Shown here piece by piece: positions 10,216-20,919 of a stretch of DNA of 64,000 nt. The stretch comes from an uncultured bacterium (lineage in GTDB: Bacteria; Fidelibacterota; Marinisomatia; Marinisomatales; UBA1611): positions 128,001-192,000 of the forward strand of contig CBFIBM010000001.1 of assembly GCA_965660855.1 (NCBI GenBank), given 5' to 3'. Below the pieces are notes generated by a model that did no database searches, was not told the DNA's origin, and was given only the letters and a program-made list of their open reading frames with translations. How positions within the stretch are numbered: the stretch's first letter is position 1; each line of letters opens with the position of its first letter. The translations under genes were made by a program, and so were the position numbers.

Positions 10216-11739
10216 ATGACATCAGATCAAATTAAAAATGAAAAAAACACTTTTTCAAACTTTTCTTTAAAAAAAGAAATACTAAAAGCTATCAAGGATT
10301 TAAATTTTATTAACCCTACACCAATTCAAGAAAAAGTCATTCCTTTTTTAGTAAAATCAAAACAAGATCTAATTGGGACTGCGCAAACTGGAACTGGAAA
10401 AACTGCTGCTTTTGGGCTTCCATCTCTTTCTATGACAAATATAGAAAATTCAAAAACACAAACTCTAATACTTTGTCCTACTCGTGAGCTATGCATTCAG
10501 ATATCAAAAGATTTAAAAAATTATTCGAAATATATCAAAGGTCTTAACGTTGTTCCTATTTACGGAGGTGCTAAAATTGATGTCCAAATGCGAGCCTTAA
10601 AGAAGGGGGCACAAATGGTAGTTGGAACACCAGGTAGAACAAAAGACCTTATTAAAAGGAAGAAGCTTTCTATTGAATTTATTGATAGAGTTATTCTTGA
10701 TGAGGCAGATGAGATGCTTTCAATGGGATTTAAAGAAGATTTAGAATTTATCTTATCAAAAACACCAAAAGATAAGCAAACATTACTTTTTTCAGCTACA
10801 ATGACTAAAAAAGTTAAAGAGGTCACTAAAAATTACATGCATGATACTAAAGAAGTATCTGTTGCAAGAAAAAATATTGCTTCAGAGAATGTAAATCATG
10901 TGAATTATATTGTACAAGCTCGAGATAGATATGAAGTTATAAAGAGAGTTTCTGACATGAACCCGAATATATATGGAATTGTTTTTTGTCGAACTCGCAG
11001 AGAGACGAAAGATGTAGCAAATAAATTAATGAATGATAATTATAATGCCGATACATTACATGGAGATCTATCTCAAGCCCAAAGAGACGATGTGATGAAT
11101 AGGTTTAGAAAAAGACAAATACAAATTTTAGTAGCTACTGATGTTGCGGCAAGAGGTCTAGATGTAAATGACCTAACCCATGTAATAAACTTTAATTTAC
11201 CTGATGATTACGAAACATATATTCATAGAAGCGGAAGAACAGGAAGAGCAGGTAAAATAGGTGTTTCTATTGCTATAATACATGGAAGGGAAACACGAAA
11301 ACTAAAAGAAATAGAAAAAAAGCATGGTATAAAGTTTAAAAAAGAGTTGGTCCCAAATGGCCAAGATATTTGTAAAAAAAGACTCTATGCATTAATTGAT
11401 AAAATTGAGAAAGTAGATGTCGATGAAAAACAAATTGAACCCTTCTTACCATATATATTAAAAAAATTAAACTGGTTAGATCGTGAAAAATTAATCAAAC
11501 ACTTTGTATCTACTGAATTTAACAGATATCTATCTTACTACAAGAATTCAAAAGATATAAATTTTGAAGGATATTCAGAAGGTGGGTCAAGATTTTCAGA
11601 AAAGCGAAGAAATAGAAGTAATAACAGAAGTAGAAAAAGAAATAGAAATCAGAGGTTCTTTCAAGGAAAAAACAAAGGTAAGAATGAAAATCGTAGTAAA
11701 AGGCGTAGAAAAAGCAGAAATAAAAAAAATAATTTTTAG
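10216..11739 (+). CDS. DEAD-box RNA helicase with basic C-terminal tail
   Basis: AQTGTGKT, PTREL, DEAD, SAT and HRSGRTGRAG motifs. Confidence 0.95.
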   Translation: MTSDQIKNEKNTFSNFSLKKEILKAIKDLNFINPTPIQEKVIPFLVKSKQDLIGTAQTGTGKTAAFGLPSLSMTNIENSKTQTLILCPTRELCIQISKDLKNYSKYIKGLNVVPIYGGAKIDVQMRALKKGAQMVVGTPGRTKDLIKRKKLSIEFIDRVILDEADEMLSMGFKEDLEFILSKTPKDKQTLLFSATMTKKVKEVTKNYMHDTKEVSVARKNIASENVNHVNYIVQARDRYEVIKRVSDMNPNIYGIVFCRTRRETKDVANKLMNDNYNADTLHGDLSQAQRDDVMNRFRKRQIQILVATDVAARGLDVNDLTHVINFNLPDDYETYIHRSGRTGRAGKIGVSIAIIHGRETRKLKEIEKKHGIKFKKELVPNGQDICKKRLYALIDKIEKVDVDEKQIEPFLPYILKKLNWLDREKLIKHFVSTEFNRYLSYYKNSKDINFEGYSEGGSRFSEKRRNRSNNRSRKRNRNQRFFQGKNKGKNENRSKRRRKSRNKKNNF

Positions 11740-11751
11740 TTTTTTAAATTA

Positions 11752-12468
11752 TTAAGCTTTTAAAAAATCTTCTTTTTTTAAACCTGTTTCTTTTTCAATG
11801 CCCACTATCAGATCAAAATAACCTTTTCCAACAATAATTATTGTTGGTACTAGAACTGCGAAATAACTAACCCATGTCATCGTTGATACTTGTTCATTAA
11901 ATCCACTATCTCCAGGATTAGATGTAACGATTGTAGAGGCTAAAATAAATTGAATAATAGAACTGATAAAAAATCCAGCTATGAAGTAATAACCCGCTTT
12001 TTCGGTAAGAGAGTCAAGTTTATCAGTATTATTATTTTTTATTAAGTATATTTTAATTTTCTCTGTATCAAATAAAGCCTGATTCAATACAATGGAATTA
12101 AATGAAGATTTTTTGTATTTACTGTAGAAAAATAGAAAAGATCCAATTAGGATTGGCATCAATCCTTCTTTTAAAATGAAAGCACTTCTGGTTAGCCCAT
12201 ATCTTGAACCAAAAATTCCAATCCCTCCAGTGAGTAAAACATTAACAAAACCTAAAATAGAAATAAAATTAATATGTTTTCTGTTTAAAAGATCATAAAT
12301 AAAATATATCAGAGGAAATAGTAAAGCAACTAGAAACGAGAATGGTTGTAAGTCTAAATTAAAATAATGATTGTACCCATCAAACCAAAGTTCACCTTTT
12401 TTTAAGATCATTACTGGTATAAAAATATTGCATAAAATACTTAAAATAGGGTTTTCTTTTTTATTCAT
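11752..12468 (-). CDS. VC0807-family membrane protein
   Basis: NIFIPV.IL, ISILGFVNVLLTGGIG and KEGLMP motifs. Confidence 0.65.
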   Translation of the reverse strand: MNKKENPILSILCNIFIPVMILKKGELWFDGYNHYFNLDLQPFSFLVALLFPLIYFIYDLLNRKHINFISILGFVNVLLTGGIGIFGSRYGLTRSAFILKEGLMPILIGSFLFFYSKYKKSSFNSIVLNQALFDTEKIKIYLIKNNNTDKLDSLTEKAGYYFIAGFFISSIIQFILASTIVTSNPGDSGFNEQVSTMTWVSYFAVLVPTIIIVGKGYFDLIVGIEKETGLKKEDFLKA

Positions 12469-12879
12469 GTGTTAAATTTAATTTAATAATTTGTCTATAA
12501 TAACTCTATAAATAAAATTTTTTTAATTACTAAATAGTTGTTGTATCAAAAACAAATTATAAAAATAAGGTATTGATATATAGAGATTTATATAATTTAT
12601 GTTAATGTAAAGATTTAATATAATATTCTATCATCTTAATATGGTTTTTATCCAATAGATAAAGCCTCATAGCCCATCAGGAAGTTTTATAAAAATAATA
12701 AAGATTAAATAAAAATTTTACATTTAATTAGATAATTTTATCACTTAAATAGGTGGTGAAAATAAATATCTAATGAAAATAATTGGTTCTCAAATCTTTC
12801 AAACTTGTATTAGTTATAATGGAATTATTCTAATAATTAAATTGGTGAGCAAAAATTTAAATTTATCGGTAAATACTTT

Positions 12880-14139
12880 TTAGATTGTACGATTCTTAGA
12901 TCCTAAATAATAAGCCCAAATCAATAATCTAATTATTGATGAAAAAATAAACACTAAAAGAATTGGAGTTAAATATTCGAAGTTTTTATGTAAAATGTAT
13001 AGCTCATTCTTTGTTAAATATCCTCCTAGTAAACCACCAAAAAAAATAGACATACCTCTATAAAATATCCTTTTTGAAGTTAGTTTTATCATATTCTGCC
13101 CTAGCATGTGTTCATATAGTCGATTATCCATCGCCAATGCACGACCACTAAACATAAGCGATGCTAATGAAGCAATAATTAAAGATATTGGTAATTTTAA
13201 TTCTTCAGGTAAAAAATAAGTACATACCCAAAACATTGGAAAAATTCCTATACAGAAGCTTGTTCCTCTTATTGTAGTAAAAGTCCCTAATTGATCAATC
13301 TTTTTACCCCAATAGCGGAGGCTAAATAATCCAAGAAACTGACTCACATTTATTAGAATTGCTAATTCTATATAGTCAAAATTTTGCTCTCGTAACCAAA
13401 AAACCATCATTAAAGGCCCTGATATATGAAAAGCAAATTCAGATAAGCTATCATACGTAATAAATTTTTTTATACTTTTAAACTTTTTATCATTAAGATT
13501 TATTTGACCTTCTTTCTCATCTATTGTTTGATATGGTGGCTCATATTGCTGATTTAAGTAGACTATTGAACCAATACTAGCTAAAAATCCAATACCAAAT
13601 AAAATGCCAAAGCCTAAAATAGGATTTGTATCGTTGTATGCATTTAAAATCGTTCCAGCTACTAAGGAAGAAATAAGCATAAAGATACGTACAATCTGTG
13701 ATCTATGCCCAAAATACCGACCCCTTACCCTACTCGGAACTAAATATCCCATCCATGAAGTCCATGGAGACATTTGAGAAATTGCAATAATAAAATAGAA
13801 GCAGAGAAATAAAAGGAATATATAAAAATTATCAGTTTTAACACCTATATAGAAAATACCAGGAATTAGAATCGTTTGAACAAGTTTCAATATAATTAAT
13901 AGAAGTTTTCTTGATCTAAGTAAATGAAAGAAAATATTAGTATAATTCTGAAATATTGATCCTATAAATATTGGAAGTGTTGAAAGAATAGATATTTCAT
14001 AGCTGGAATATTTTAAGAACTCAAAAAACGCACCAAAATATGTTTCAACAGAACCATACATTACAGCCCACCAGGAGCCTTCAATTGTAGAGGTTTTTAA
14101 TGAAGACCTAATGTTTTGAGTTTTTCTTTTTGTTTGCAT
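12880..14139 (-). CDS. MFS transporter
   Basis: About 12 TM helices; W.SWMG.LVP...RGRYFG.R motif. Confidence 0.75.
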   Translation of the reverse strand: MQTKRKTQNIRSSLKTSTIEGSWWAVMYGSVETYFGAFFEFLKYSSYEISILSTLPIFIGSIFQNYTNIFFHLLRSRKLLLIILKLVQTILIPGIFYIGVKTDNFYIFLLFLCFYFIIAISQMSPWTSWMGYLVPSRVRGRYFGHRSQIVRIFMLISSLVAGTILNAYNDTNPILGFGILFGIGFLASIGSIVYLNQQYEPPYQTIDEKEGQINLNDKKFKSIKKFITYDSLSEFAFHISGPLMMVFWLREQNFDYIELAILINVSQFLGLFSLRYWGKKIDQLGTFTTIRGTSFCIGIFPMFWVCTYFLPEELKLPISLIIASLASLMFSGRALAMDNRLYEHMLGQNMIKLTSKRIFYRGMSIFFGGLLGGYLTKNELYILHKNFEYLTPILLVFIFSSIIRLLIWAYYLGSKNRTI

Positions 14140-14213
14140 TATGTAACGAAAAATTTTAAAAAAGAGAGGTTCCCGTTATGAGTGTATATTCAAACTATAT
14201 TATTATAAATATA

Positions 14214-15095
14214 TTATTTTTTGATTTTCGGTTTGAATAAGTTTTTTCCTTCAAACATTTTTGTTTTATTTATGTAACTATAGTATTTACGACATTCACA
14301 TGATAAATATTCAATATCTATGGGATTCAATTTTCTTTTTGCTTCAGGCCAATATTTTTGCTGCAATATTATCATCTCGTCACATGCTTGATTATGATTT
14401 TTTAATTTTAGGTGCTTTTGAAGTATATCTAGATATGCAATGGCTCCAATTCCAGTAGGTACATGACTTTCAGGGTTTATTATATCTGGTCTAAACCATG
14501 AAATATCAATCACTGCCATAAAAATTGGGAAATCATTTTTCATTTTGAATAAGTTGTTTATTTCATTTGTAGCAATGATAACATTGCCTTTGGATTCAAC
14601 TACAATTTTTTTTATCAAGCTTTTTGTTTCATCAAATAAAAACGTTGCTGCGTCTAATCTATTATAAAGCTTATCTGAGTATTGAATAGGCTCTACTGGA
14701 TATGCAGTTAGATTGCACCATTGCTTTTTATTTAAAAGTTTATTGTTTAAAGATTTAACATTTAATAAATCTTTCGCTGAAATTTTATCAATAGTTTCTT
14801 GCCGATTACACCAACGAGCAAAAAAAAGGGCTTGTATTAGGTTTGATAAATTATTTTCTAAGCCATAACAAAATTTAATAATTGATTTACTTCCTCTATC
14901 ATCTTCTCTGAAAACGTTTAAAAATCGACCTCTTTGAAAAATTGGATCGTCTGACCATGGTGGTGAAAGGTCTTGTTCTCGTTTTAATCTAATTTTTTCC
15001 CTTTCTTTACAAAAATCAAAAAATGCTAAAACAGGATCCTTAATTACAAGGCCACTTAAGGCTTCGGCGTATGGGTTTTCAATTATGGAATTCAT
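14214..15095 (-). CDS. Putative DNA base hypermodification protein (aGPT-Pplase1 / amino acid:DNA transferase-like)
   Basis: N-terminal FFDFCKERE.IR..R....PPWS.DPIF....F.NVFREDDRGS and C-terminal DIEY..CE.RKY motifs. Confidence 0.7.
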   Translation of the reverse strand: MNSIIENPYAEALSGLVIKDPVLAFFDFCKEREKIRLKREQDLSPPWSDDPIFQRGRFLNVFREDDRGSKSIIKFCYGLENNLSNLIQALFFARWCNRQETIDKISAKDLLNVKSLNNKLLNKKQWCNLTAYPVEPIQYSDKLYNRLDAATFLFDETKSLIKKIVVESKGNVIIATNEINNLFKMKNDFPIFMAVIDISWFRPDIINPESHVPTGIGAIAYLDILQKHLKLKNHNQACDEMIILQQKYWPEAKRKLNPIDIEYLSCECRKYYSYINKTKMFEGKNLFKPKIKK

Positions 15096-15249
15096 TTATG
15101 TCTTACATTAAAATTTCATATAGTAATTTAGAGTTTATTACTTTTGAAAAGTAAATAACATTCATCCTAATAACAAAAAGTATAAATCAAAATTTTTTAA
15201 AAATTAAAGTAGATTTTAGCCATATTTTATAGGAATTAAAATCGTAATC

Positions 15250-15753
15250 ATGACAAACTATAGTTTAATCGATGACGCTACTAAAGAAGTGTTGAAAAAA
15301 GAAATTAATAATCTTGCAAGCTCAATTGGCGGGAAAAATCATTTTTTACAATTAATTGAGGAAATAAGGATGGAAAGGCCGCACGCTCTGATGTCCAAGC
15401 AAGCTTCGTTCAAGTATAAATATGGTAAAGTAAAATGGGAGAAAGTTCTTTATCGAGATAAGGTTAGACTACTTTTAGAAATATTAAAAAAGAATAACGG
15501 CAATAATCAAAATCTAATGTTAGAAAAAGGCAAAAAGAGGTATAAGACCACTCTAAATTTGTTAAGAGCGCTTGGGCCAATGAGATTTAAAGTTGAGCCT
15601 AAAAATAATAATGATGGCCCAGGTTTTGTAATTGCACCTCTTGAAATAATTGATTCTAAAACAACCATAATTAATTTTATGTTTGAAGTAATATTTTTTT
15701 TACCAGCCTACACAGTAAAACAAGTATTTAACGGATCAAAAAAGAAAAACTAG
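15250..15753 (+). CDS. Hypothetical protein
   Basis: 167-aa basic soluble ORF with AGGAA upstream; no recognised motif. Confidence 0.65.
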   Translation: MTNYSLIDDATKEVLKKEINNLASSIGGKNHFLQLIEEIRMERPHALMSKQASFKYKYGKVKWEKVLYRDKVRLLLEILKKNNGNNQNLMLEKGKKRYKTTLNLLRALGPMRFKVEPKNNNDGPGFVIAPLEIIDSKTTIINFMFEVIFFLPAYTVKQVFNGSKKKN

Positions 15754-15820
15754 GTTTTTAAATTTTATTTAATTTATAGATATATATTTAAATACGTTTA
15801 TTTAAACTAATACTTTAATA

Positions 15821-16489
15821 ATGAAAGAAAAAGAAAACCTTATAAATGCTGAAAAAAAAGCCAAAAATCTTTTTCTTTCGATTAAGCAGGAAAACTTAAT
15901 AAGACCGGGTATTTCTGAAATTCAATTAGGAGATGAGATTTATAAGCTTGCTTTTGAAATGTTCGGAATAAAAAGTTTTTGGCATAAGCGCATTATTCGA
16001 GCTGGTATAAATACAATTTACCCTTACAGCGAAAATCCTAAAAATTTGGTTATAAAAGAAGATGATATTCTTTTTTTAGATTTTGGGCCAATTTTCAATA
16101 ATTGGGAAGCTGATATAGGGAGAACATATGTTTTGGGTGATGACCCATATAAATTGAAATTACAAAGCGATGTTGAAGAATGTTGGAAAATTTCAAAAAA
16201 TTACTTTTTAAACAAACAAAATGTTACTGCCTCAGATATGTACAAATTCGTTAGCAAATTAGCAACTGAGCGCTCTTGGAGTTTTGGTAATGAGCATTGT
16301 GGTCATCTAATTGGTGAATTTCCTCACAAAAGAATAACAGGTGAAAAAGTTAATAGTTATCTACATTCAGAAAACCATTTAGCACTAAAAGATAATAAGC
16401 AGAATAATTTATTTTGGATCTTAGAAATCCATTTCGTTGATTATAAAAGGAAAATTGGTGGGTTTTATGAACAATTATTATTGACATAA
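15821..16489 (+). CDS. M24 family metallopeptidase
   Basis: LDFGP...EADIGRTY, GHLIG and EIH metal-ligand motifs. Confidence 0.85.
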   Translation: MKEKENLINAEKKAKNLFLSIKQENLIRPGISEIQLGDEIYKLAFEMFGIKSFWHKRIIRAGINTIYPYSENPKNLVIKEDDILFLDFGPIFNNWEADIGRTYVLGDDPYKLKLQSDVEECWKISKNYFLNKQNVTASDMYKFVSKLATERSWSFGNEHCGHLIGEFPHKRITGEKVNSYLHSENHLALKDNKQNNLFWILEIHFVDYKRKIGGFYEQLLLT

Positions 16490-16531
16490 AAATATATCTA
16501 TAAGGTAACAATAGAGTTTTTGATTTTTTAT

Positions 16532-17188
16532 TTAGATTTTATTTCCTGTTTTTTTTTCATTTAAAATTCTATTTTTAGAGGAAGCCCAAGAACATATTTT
16601 GCAATCAGACAAGTTATGATTTCTTGCAGGACAATATTCACGACCAAAAAATATAATTTGTAAATGTCTTTTATTCCAATTTTCTTTTTTCCAAAGTTTT
16701 TTAAGATCTCTTTCAGTCATATCAACATTTTTAGCTTTTGAAAGTCCCCATCTGGAAGCTAGGCGATGAATGTGAGTATCAACTGGAAATGCGGGAATTC
16801 CATACCATTGAGCCATCACGACACTTGCAGTTTTGTGCCCTACTCCTGCTAAGCTTTCTAAGTATTCCCAATCTGGACGAACACCTCCACCATCAATTAA
16901 TTGTTGCGCCATTTTCTTCAAGTTTCTAGCTTTAGTAGGAGCTAAACCAATCTCTTTAATATGATTTTGGATAGTCTCTATTTTTAGTTTTCTCATTTTT
17001 TCAGGTGTATCTGCTACTTTAAAAAGAGATGGCGTAACTTGATTTACTTTTTTATCTGTTGTTTGTGCAGATAACATAACAGCAACGATTAATGTATAAG
17101 CGCTAGAATGATATAAGGGAACAGGGGTCTTAGGATAAAGTTCATCTAGCAGGTTTCCAATTTTTTTTGCTTTTTCTTTACGGTTCAT
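16532..17188 (-). CDS. nth: Endonuclease III
   Basis: LSAQTTD, helix-hairpin-helix GVGHKTA, VDTH, and Cys-rich Fe-S region CPAR...C..C. Confidence 0.93.
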   Translation of the reverse strand: MNRKEKAKKIGNLLDELYPKTPVPLYHSSAYTLIVAVMLSAQTTDKKVNQVTPSLFKVADTPEKMRKLKIETIQNHIKEIGLAPTKARNLKKMAQQLIDGGGVRPDWEYLESLAGVGHKTASVVMAQWYGIPAFPVDTHIHRLASRWGLSKAKNVDMTERDLKKLWKKENWNKRHLQIIFFGREYCPARNHNLSDCKICSWASSKNRILNEKKTGNKI

Positions 17189-17320
17189 AAACTAAATTTA
17201 TGTATATCAATATCTTTATTATCAACGAAAATTACTTTAATAGAATTGAAAGCTTCTATAATTTTATTGATTAATTATTTATATGTTGATTAAAAATGAA
17301 AGTAAAAAGGTCTTTATCTT

Positions 17321-18763
17321 ATGAACAAATTCTTAAATTCAATCATTTTCTCATTTATAGTATTTTTTATCAGTTGCGAAAAAAGTATCATAGATCCAGA
17401 CGGTTTGTCTGATGCTGAAATCATCGAAATGATCATAGAATCAAAAAAAATTGAAATCACGATTGAAGAGATGCCTGATAATTCTCAAAATCTTTTAAAT
17501 CAAGAATATACGGATTACATGAAGATGTCTTCAAAGAAAGCTAGTGATTTAGGATACGAAGTTGATTTAGCAGGGTTGGGACATCGATCTGGGCAGCGAA
17601 ATGAGGTATATTTTAATCTCCAAGGTAGAAAACTAGATCCAAATAATTGGGGTAAGAAAAGACGTTGGGGAAATGATGGAACTTACAATAATGATAAAGA
17701 TGATTGGGAGTGTTTTGAGCTTGTTTTTCCAATAACATACGAAATGCCAGATGGTACAACCATAGTGGTATTAAATGATGATGAAAGTGGATGGTCATTG
17801 ATAAAAAGTTGGTATGATTCTAATCCAGAATCTGAACAAAAACCTGAAATGCAGTTCCCTATAATTATATTTTTGGAGGAAGAGCCAATTACATTAGAAA
17901 ACAATCAGGATCTTCGATCTGCCTATTTTGAGTGTAACAATAATCGTCCTAATAAAGGCAAAAAAAATAGAGGCACCTGTTTTGAATTAGTATTTCCAAT
18001 AAGTTATACAATGCCTAATGGTGCAAGTATTACTATAAACAATAATGATGAAGATGGTTGGATGGAATTAAAAAATTGGTATGAAAATAATCCTGATTAC
18101 GAAGATCAAATGCCAGAATTACAATACCCAGTTGATATATTATACGAAAATGAGGAGTCAACAATCACTATTTATAATGAAGAAGAAATGTATGAAGTAA
18201 AAGTTAGTTGTCGTAATGAATGGGAAGAGGGATATAAAGAAGAATGTTTTGATCTAGTTTTTCCATTGACATTTACAATGCCAGATGAAACAACAATATT
18301 GATAGAAAATGATGAAGATTATATGAATATTAGAAACTGGTATCTTGAAAATCCCGATGTTGAAGAAAAACCATTAATGATATACCCTGTAAGCATTTCT
18401 TATTATACTGATGAAGAAAATTCTATTGTAATTGTTGAATCTGAAGAAGATATGTTCCATAGAAAATCACAGTGTTGGGATAGTGATTATGAACATGAAG
18501 AAGATGGAATTGAGGACTGTTATACCTTTGTTTATCCCATTTCTTTTCTAATGCCTGACGGATCTAATATTTCCGTGGATAACGATGAGGAACAAGGTTG
18601 GGATGAATTAAGTATTTGGTACGAATCAAACCCTGAAAATCAAGGAGAACCTATTTTAACCTACCCTATCGATATTGTTATTCAAAATCAAGATGGAATA
18701 AATCAATTAACTATATATAATGATGATGAGTTAGAATCTGCTGAAGAAAATTGTCAAGAATAA
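17321..18763 (+). CDS. Acidic lipoprotein with four ~89-aa Cys-bounded repeats
   Basis: Lipobox-like FFISC. Repeats C(F/Y)xxV(F/Y)PxxxxMP(D/N) start at 17711, 17978, 18245 and 18518. Confidence 0.8.
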   Translation: MNKFLNSIIFSFIVFFISCEKSIIDPDGLSDAEIIEMIIESKKIEITIEEMPDNSQNLLNQEYTDYMKMSSKKASDLGYEVDLAGLGHRSGQRNEVYFNLQGRKLDPNNWGKKRRWGNDGTYNNDKDDWECFELVFPITYEMPDGTTIVVLNDDESGWSLIKSWYDSNPESEQKPEMQFPIIIFLEEEPITLENNQDLRSAYFECNNNRPNKGKKNRGTCFELVFPISYTMPNGASITINNNDEDGWMELKNWYENNPDYEDQMPELQYPVDILYENEESTITIYNEEEMYEVKVSCRNEWEEGYKEECFDLVFPLTFTMPDETTILIENDEDYMNIRNWYLENPDVEEKPLMIYPVSISYYTDEENSIVIVESEEDMFHRKSQCWDSDYEHEEDGIEDCYTFVYPISFLMPDGSNISVDNDEEQGWDELSIWYESNPENQGEPILTYPIDIVIQNQDGINQLTIYNDDELESAEENCQE

Positions 18764-18789
18764 ACATAGTTAAAATTATTAATTATTAA

Positions 18790-18819
18790 GAACTCTACAA
18801 TTGTGGGGTTCAGTTTTTT
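18790..18819 (+). terminator. Probable intrinsic terminator
   Basis: GAACTCTAC/GTGGGGTTC stem (with G-U pairs) followed by a T-run. Confidence 0.55.
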
Positions 18820-18865
18820 AAATTGTAATACAAGAATTGAATAAATTCTTTAATTAAATTAAAAG

Positions 18866-20206
18866 TTGTTTTTGAAAATAAATCTTATTATCACTTCAAT
18901 AGTTCTTTTCCATAGCTCAGTATTTTCACAAAGGGTAGTAGGTTATTATCCTCATTGGGTTCTAAGTCAATTCCAACCGGAAGAAATCGAACTTGATATT
19001 GTTACTCATGTCATTCATTCTTTTGCATGGGCAAATGAAGATGGAAGTATTTCATCTTACGATGGTATGTTTGGTAATAATATGGCTGATATAGTTCACT
19101 CTGGTGATTCTAAATTTCTTTTAAGTATCGGTGGTTGGGGAAATCATGAGGGATTTGAAACCATTATTAATCATGAGGATTTGCGAGAGCTCTTCATTTA
19201 CAACCTCACTTCAATATTACTTCTAAATGATTATGACGGTGTAGATTTGGATTGGGAATTTCCTAATTCTAACGATGATAAAAATAATTTAAATTTACTT
19301 GTTTCTGAAATGGATTCTATATTTAATAGTATCAATCCAGATTGGTTGATCACAATGGCTATCCCAGTATCAAATTGGTGGGGACAATGGCATGATTTTA
19401 ACTTTTTAAATAACCATATTGATTTTTACAATGCTATGACATATGGTACTCATGGAAATTGGTCAAGCCATGTTGGTCACCTATCACCGCTCTATTCTTC
19501 TCCGCCAAATGATCCAGATGGCTCGTGTCATTTAAATATGAATTATTTGACAAATCAAAGAGGTATTCCTAGGGAGATGATAAATATGGGTATCCCATTT
19601 TGGGGGGCGATTTGGAATGCCTCAAATATAAATGAATCTTTTGCTGGTGAAATTTCAGATATTTTGTATTTCGACATACCAGATCTAATCAATAATGGTT
19701 GGAATTACAATTGGGATACCAATGCAATGTGTCCCTATTTAATTAAGGAGGATTCGACCCAAGTAATTACTTATGAAAATCAACAATCAGTAGCAATGAA
19801 ATGCGAATATGTTTTAAATAATGAAATTGGTGGAGTTATGATATGGGCATTATCATATGATAATACAGAATCTGGACAAGAGTTATTATCTTCAATTAAT
19901 GAAAACTACTTATCAAGCATTAATGGAAAAAAAAATCTTAACCCAGCTGAGATTTCAATAAATACTCATCCAAATCCATTTAACCCAGTTTGCCATATTA
20001 ATTTTTATTTAAATGCTAGTACTTTTCTAGAAATAGTAGTATTTGATATAGCGGGACGAAAAATTACATTGCTTAATAATAAGCTTTTTGAAGCAGGTTC
20101 ACATGTCATGGAATGGGATGCAAGAGAGTTTTCGAGTGGTATATATTTTATTTCATTTAAGAGTAGCAACAGAATACTAAATAAAAAAATAATGCTACTT
20201 AAATAA
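18866..20206 (+). CDS. GH18 chitinase-like glycoside hydrolase with C-terminal sorting domain
   Basis: SIGGW, intact DGVDLDWEFP (DxDxE), GGVMIWAL; C-terminal HPNPFNP. Confidence 0.9.
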   Translation: MFLKINLIITSIVLFHSSVFSQRVVGYYPHWVLSQFQPEEIELDIVTHVIHSFAWANEDGSISSYDGMFGNNMADIVHSGDSKFLLSIGGWGNHEGFETIINHEDLRELFIYNLTSILLLNDYDGVDLDWEFPNSNDDKNNLNLLVSEMDSIFNSINPDWLITMAIPVSNWWGQWHDFNFLNNHIDFYNAMTYGTHGNWSSHVGHLSPLYSSPPNDPDGSCHLNMNYLTNQRGIPREMINMGIPFWGAIWNASNINESFAGEISDILYFDIPDLINNGWNYNWDTNAMCPYLIKEDSTQVITYENQQSVAMKCEYVLNNEIGGVMIWALSYDNTESGQELLSSINENYLSSINGKKNLNPAEISINTHPNPFNPVCHINFYLNASTFLEIVVFDIAGRKITLLNNKLFEAGSHVMEWDAREFSSGIYFISFKSSNRILNKKIMLLK

Positions 20207-20247
20207 AATAATAATCTAAAGATCTAAACAAAATAAGAAGGGAAAAA

Positions 20248-20799
20248 ATGATTGAAAAAATTATAAATAGAGTTTCACACAAAAATTTAAGTGGTCCAAT
20301 ACCATCAAAGGAAGAGATGGACAAAATTTATCAAGCAGCCTTGAGAGCTCCTGATCATGCTTTATTGAAACCTTCAAAGTTTATCGAGGTATCTGGGAAG
20401 GGTTTGGATAAATTATCAAATATATTTAAAAAATATGTACTCGAAAATGGTACCGAAAGTGAAAAAAGAAAAATTGAAAAATACGCAAATGCTCCTTTCA
20501 GAGCACCATTGGTAATTATTTTAGTCTCAGAGGTTAAGTTCCATCCTAAGGTTCCAGAAATAGAACAATTTTTATCTACAGCAGCAGCAGCACAAAATAT
20601 ATTGCTTGCAATTGATAGTTTTGGTTATGGTGCGATATGGCGTACAGGAATCTTTGCATTAAATGAAAAATTAAATAAATATTTTAGCTTAAAATCAAAT
20701 CAGAAGATCCTTGGATATATTTATGCTGGTACGGTTGTTGGAGAAAAAAAAGATATACCAGTTCTTGATCACAATGAATTTTTAACAAGATGGTATTAG
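20248..20799 (+). CDS. Nitroreductase (YdjA-like)
   Basis: AALRAPDH, RAP and GYGAIWRTG motifs. Confidence 0.88.
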   Translation: MIEKIINRVSHKNLSGPIPSKEEMDKIYQAALRAPDHALLKPSKFIEVSGKGLDKLSNIFKKYVLENGTESEKRKIEKYANAPFRAPLVIILVSEVKFHPKVPEIEQFLSTAAAAQNILLAIDSFGYGAIWRTGIFALNEKLNKYFSLKSNQKILGYIYAGTVVGEKKDIPVLDHNEFLTRWY

Positions 20800-20919
20800 A
20801 ATATCACGAATTTTTGAATTCAAAATATTGAGCCCGTTAATTAACTTTTGTTAATGCAATAATGTTTGAATATAGTTTATTTTTCTATGTATTATTAGTA
20901 ATAACTACATGGATAATCT

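Noticed and set aside
12469..12879. Long AT-rich intergenic region as an origin, ncRNA or CRISPR array
   Set aside because: No repeat-spacer pattern or DnaA-box cluster seen; only one weak hairpin near 12643-12666.
14214..16489. Prophage or mobile island around the hypermodification gene
   Set aside because: No integrase, structural genes, transposase, att-like repeats or evident compositional shift.
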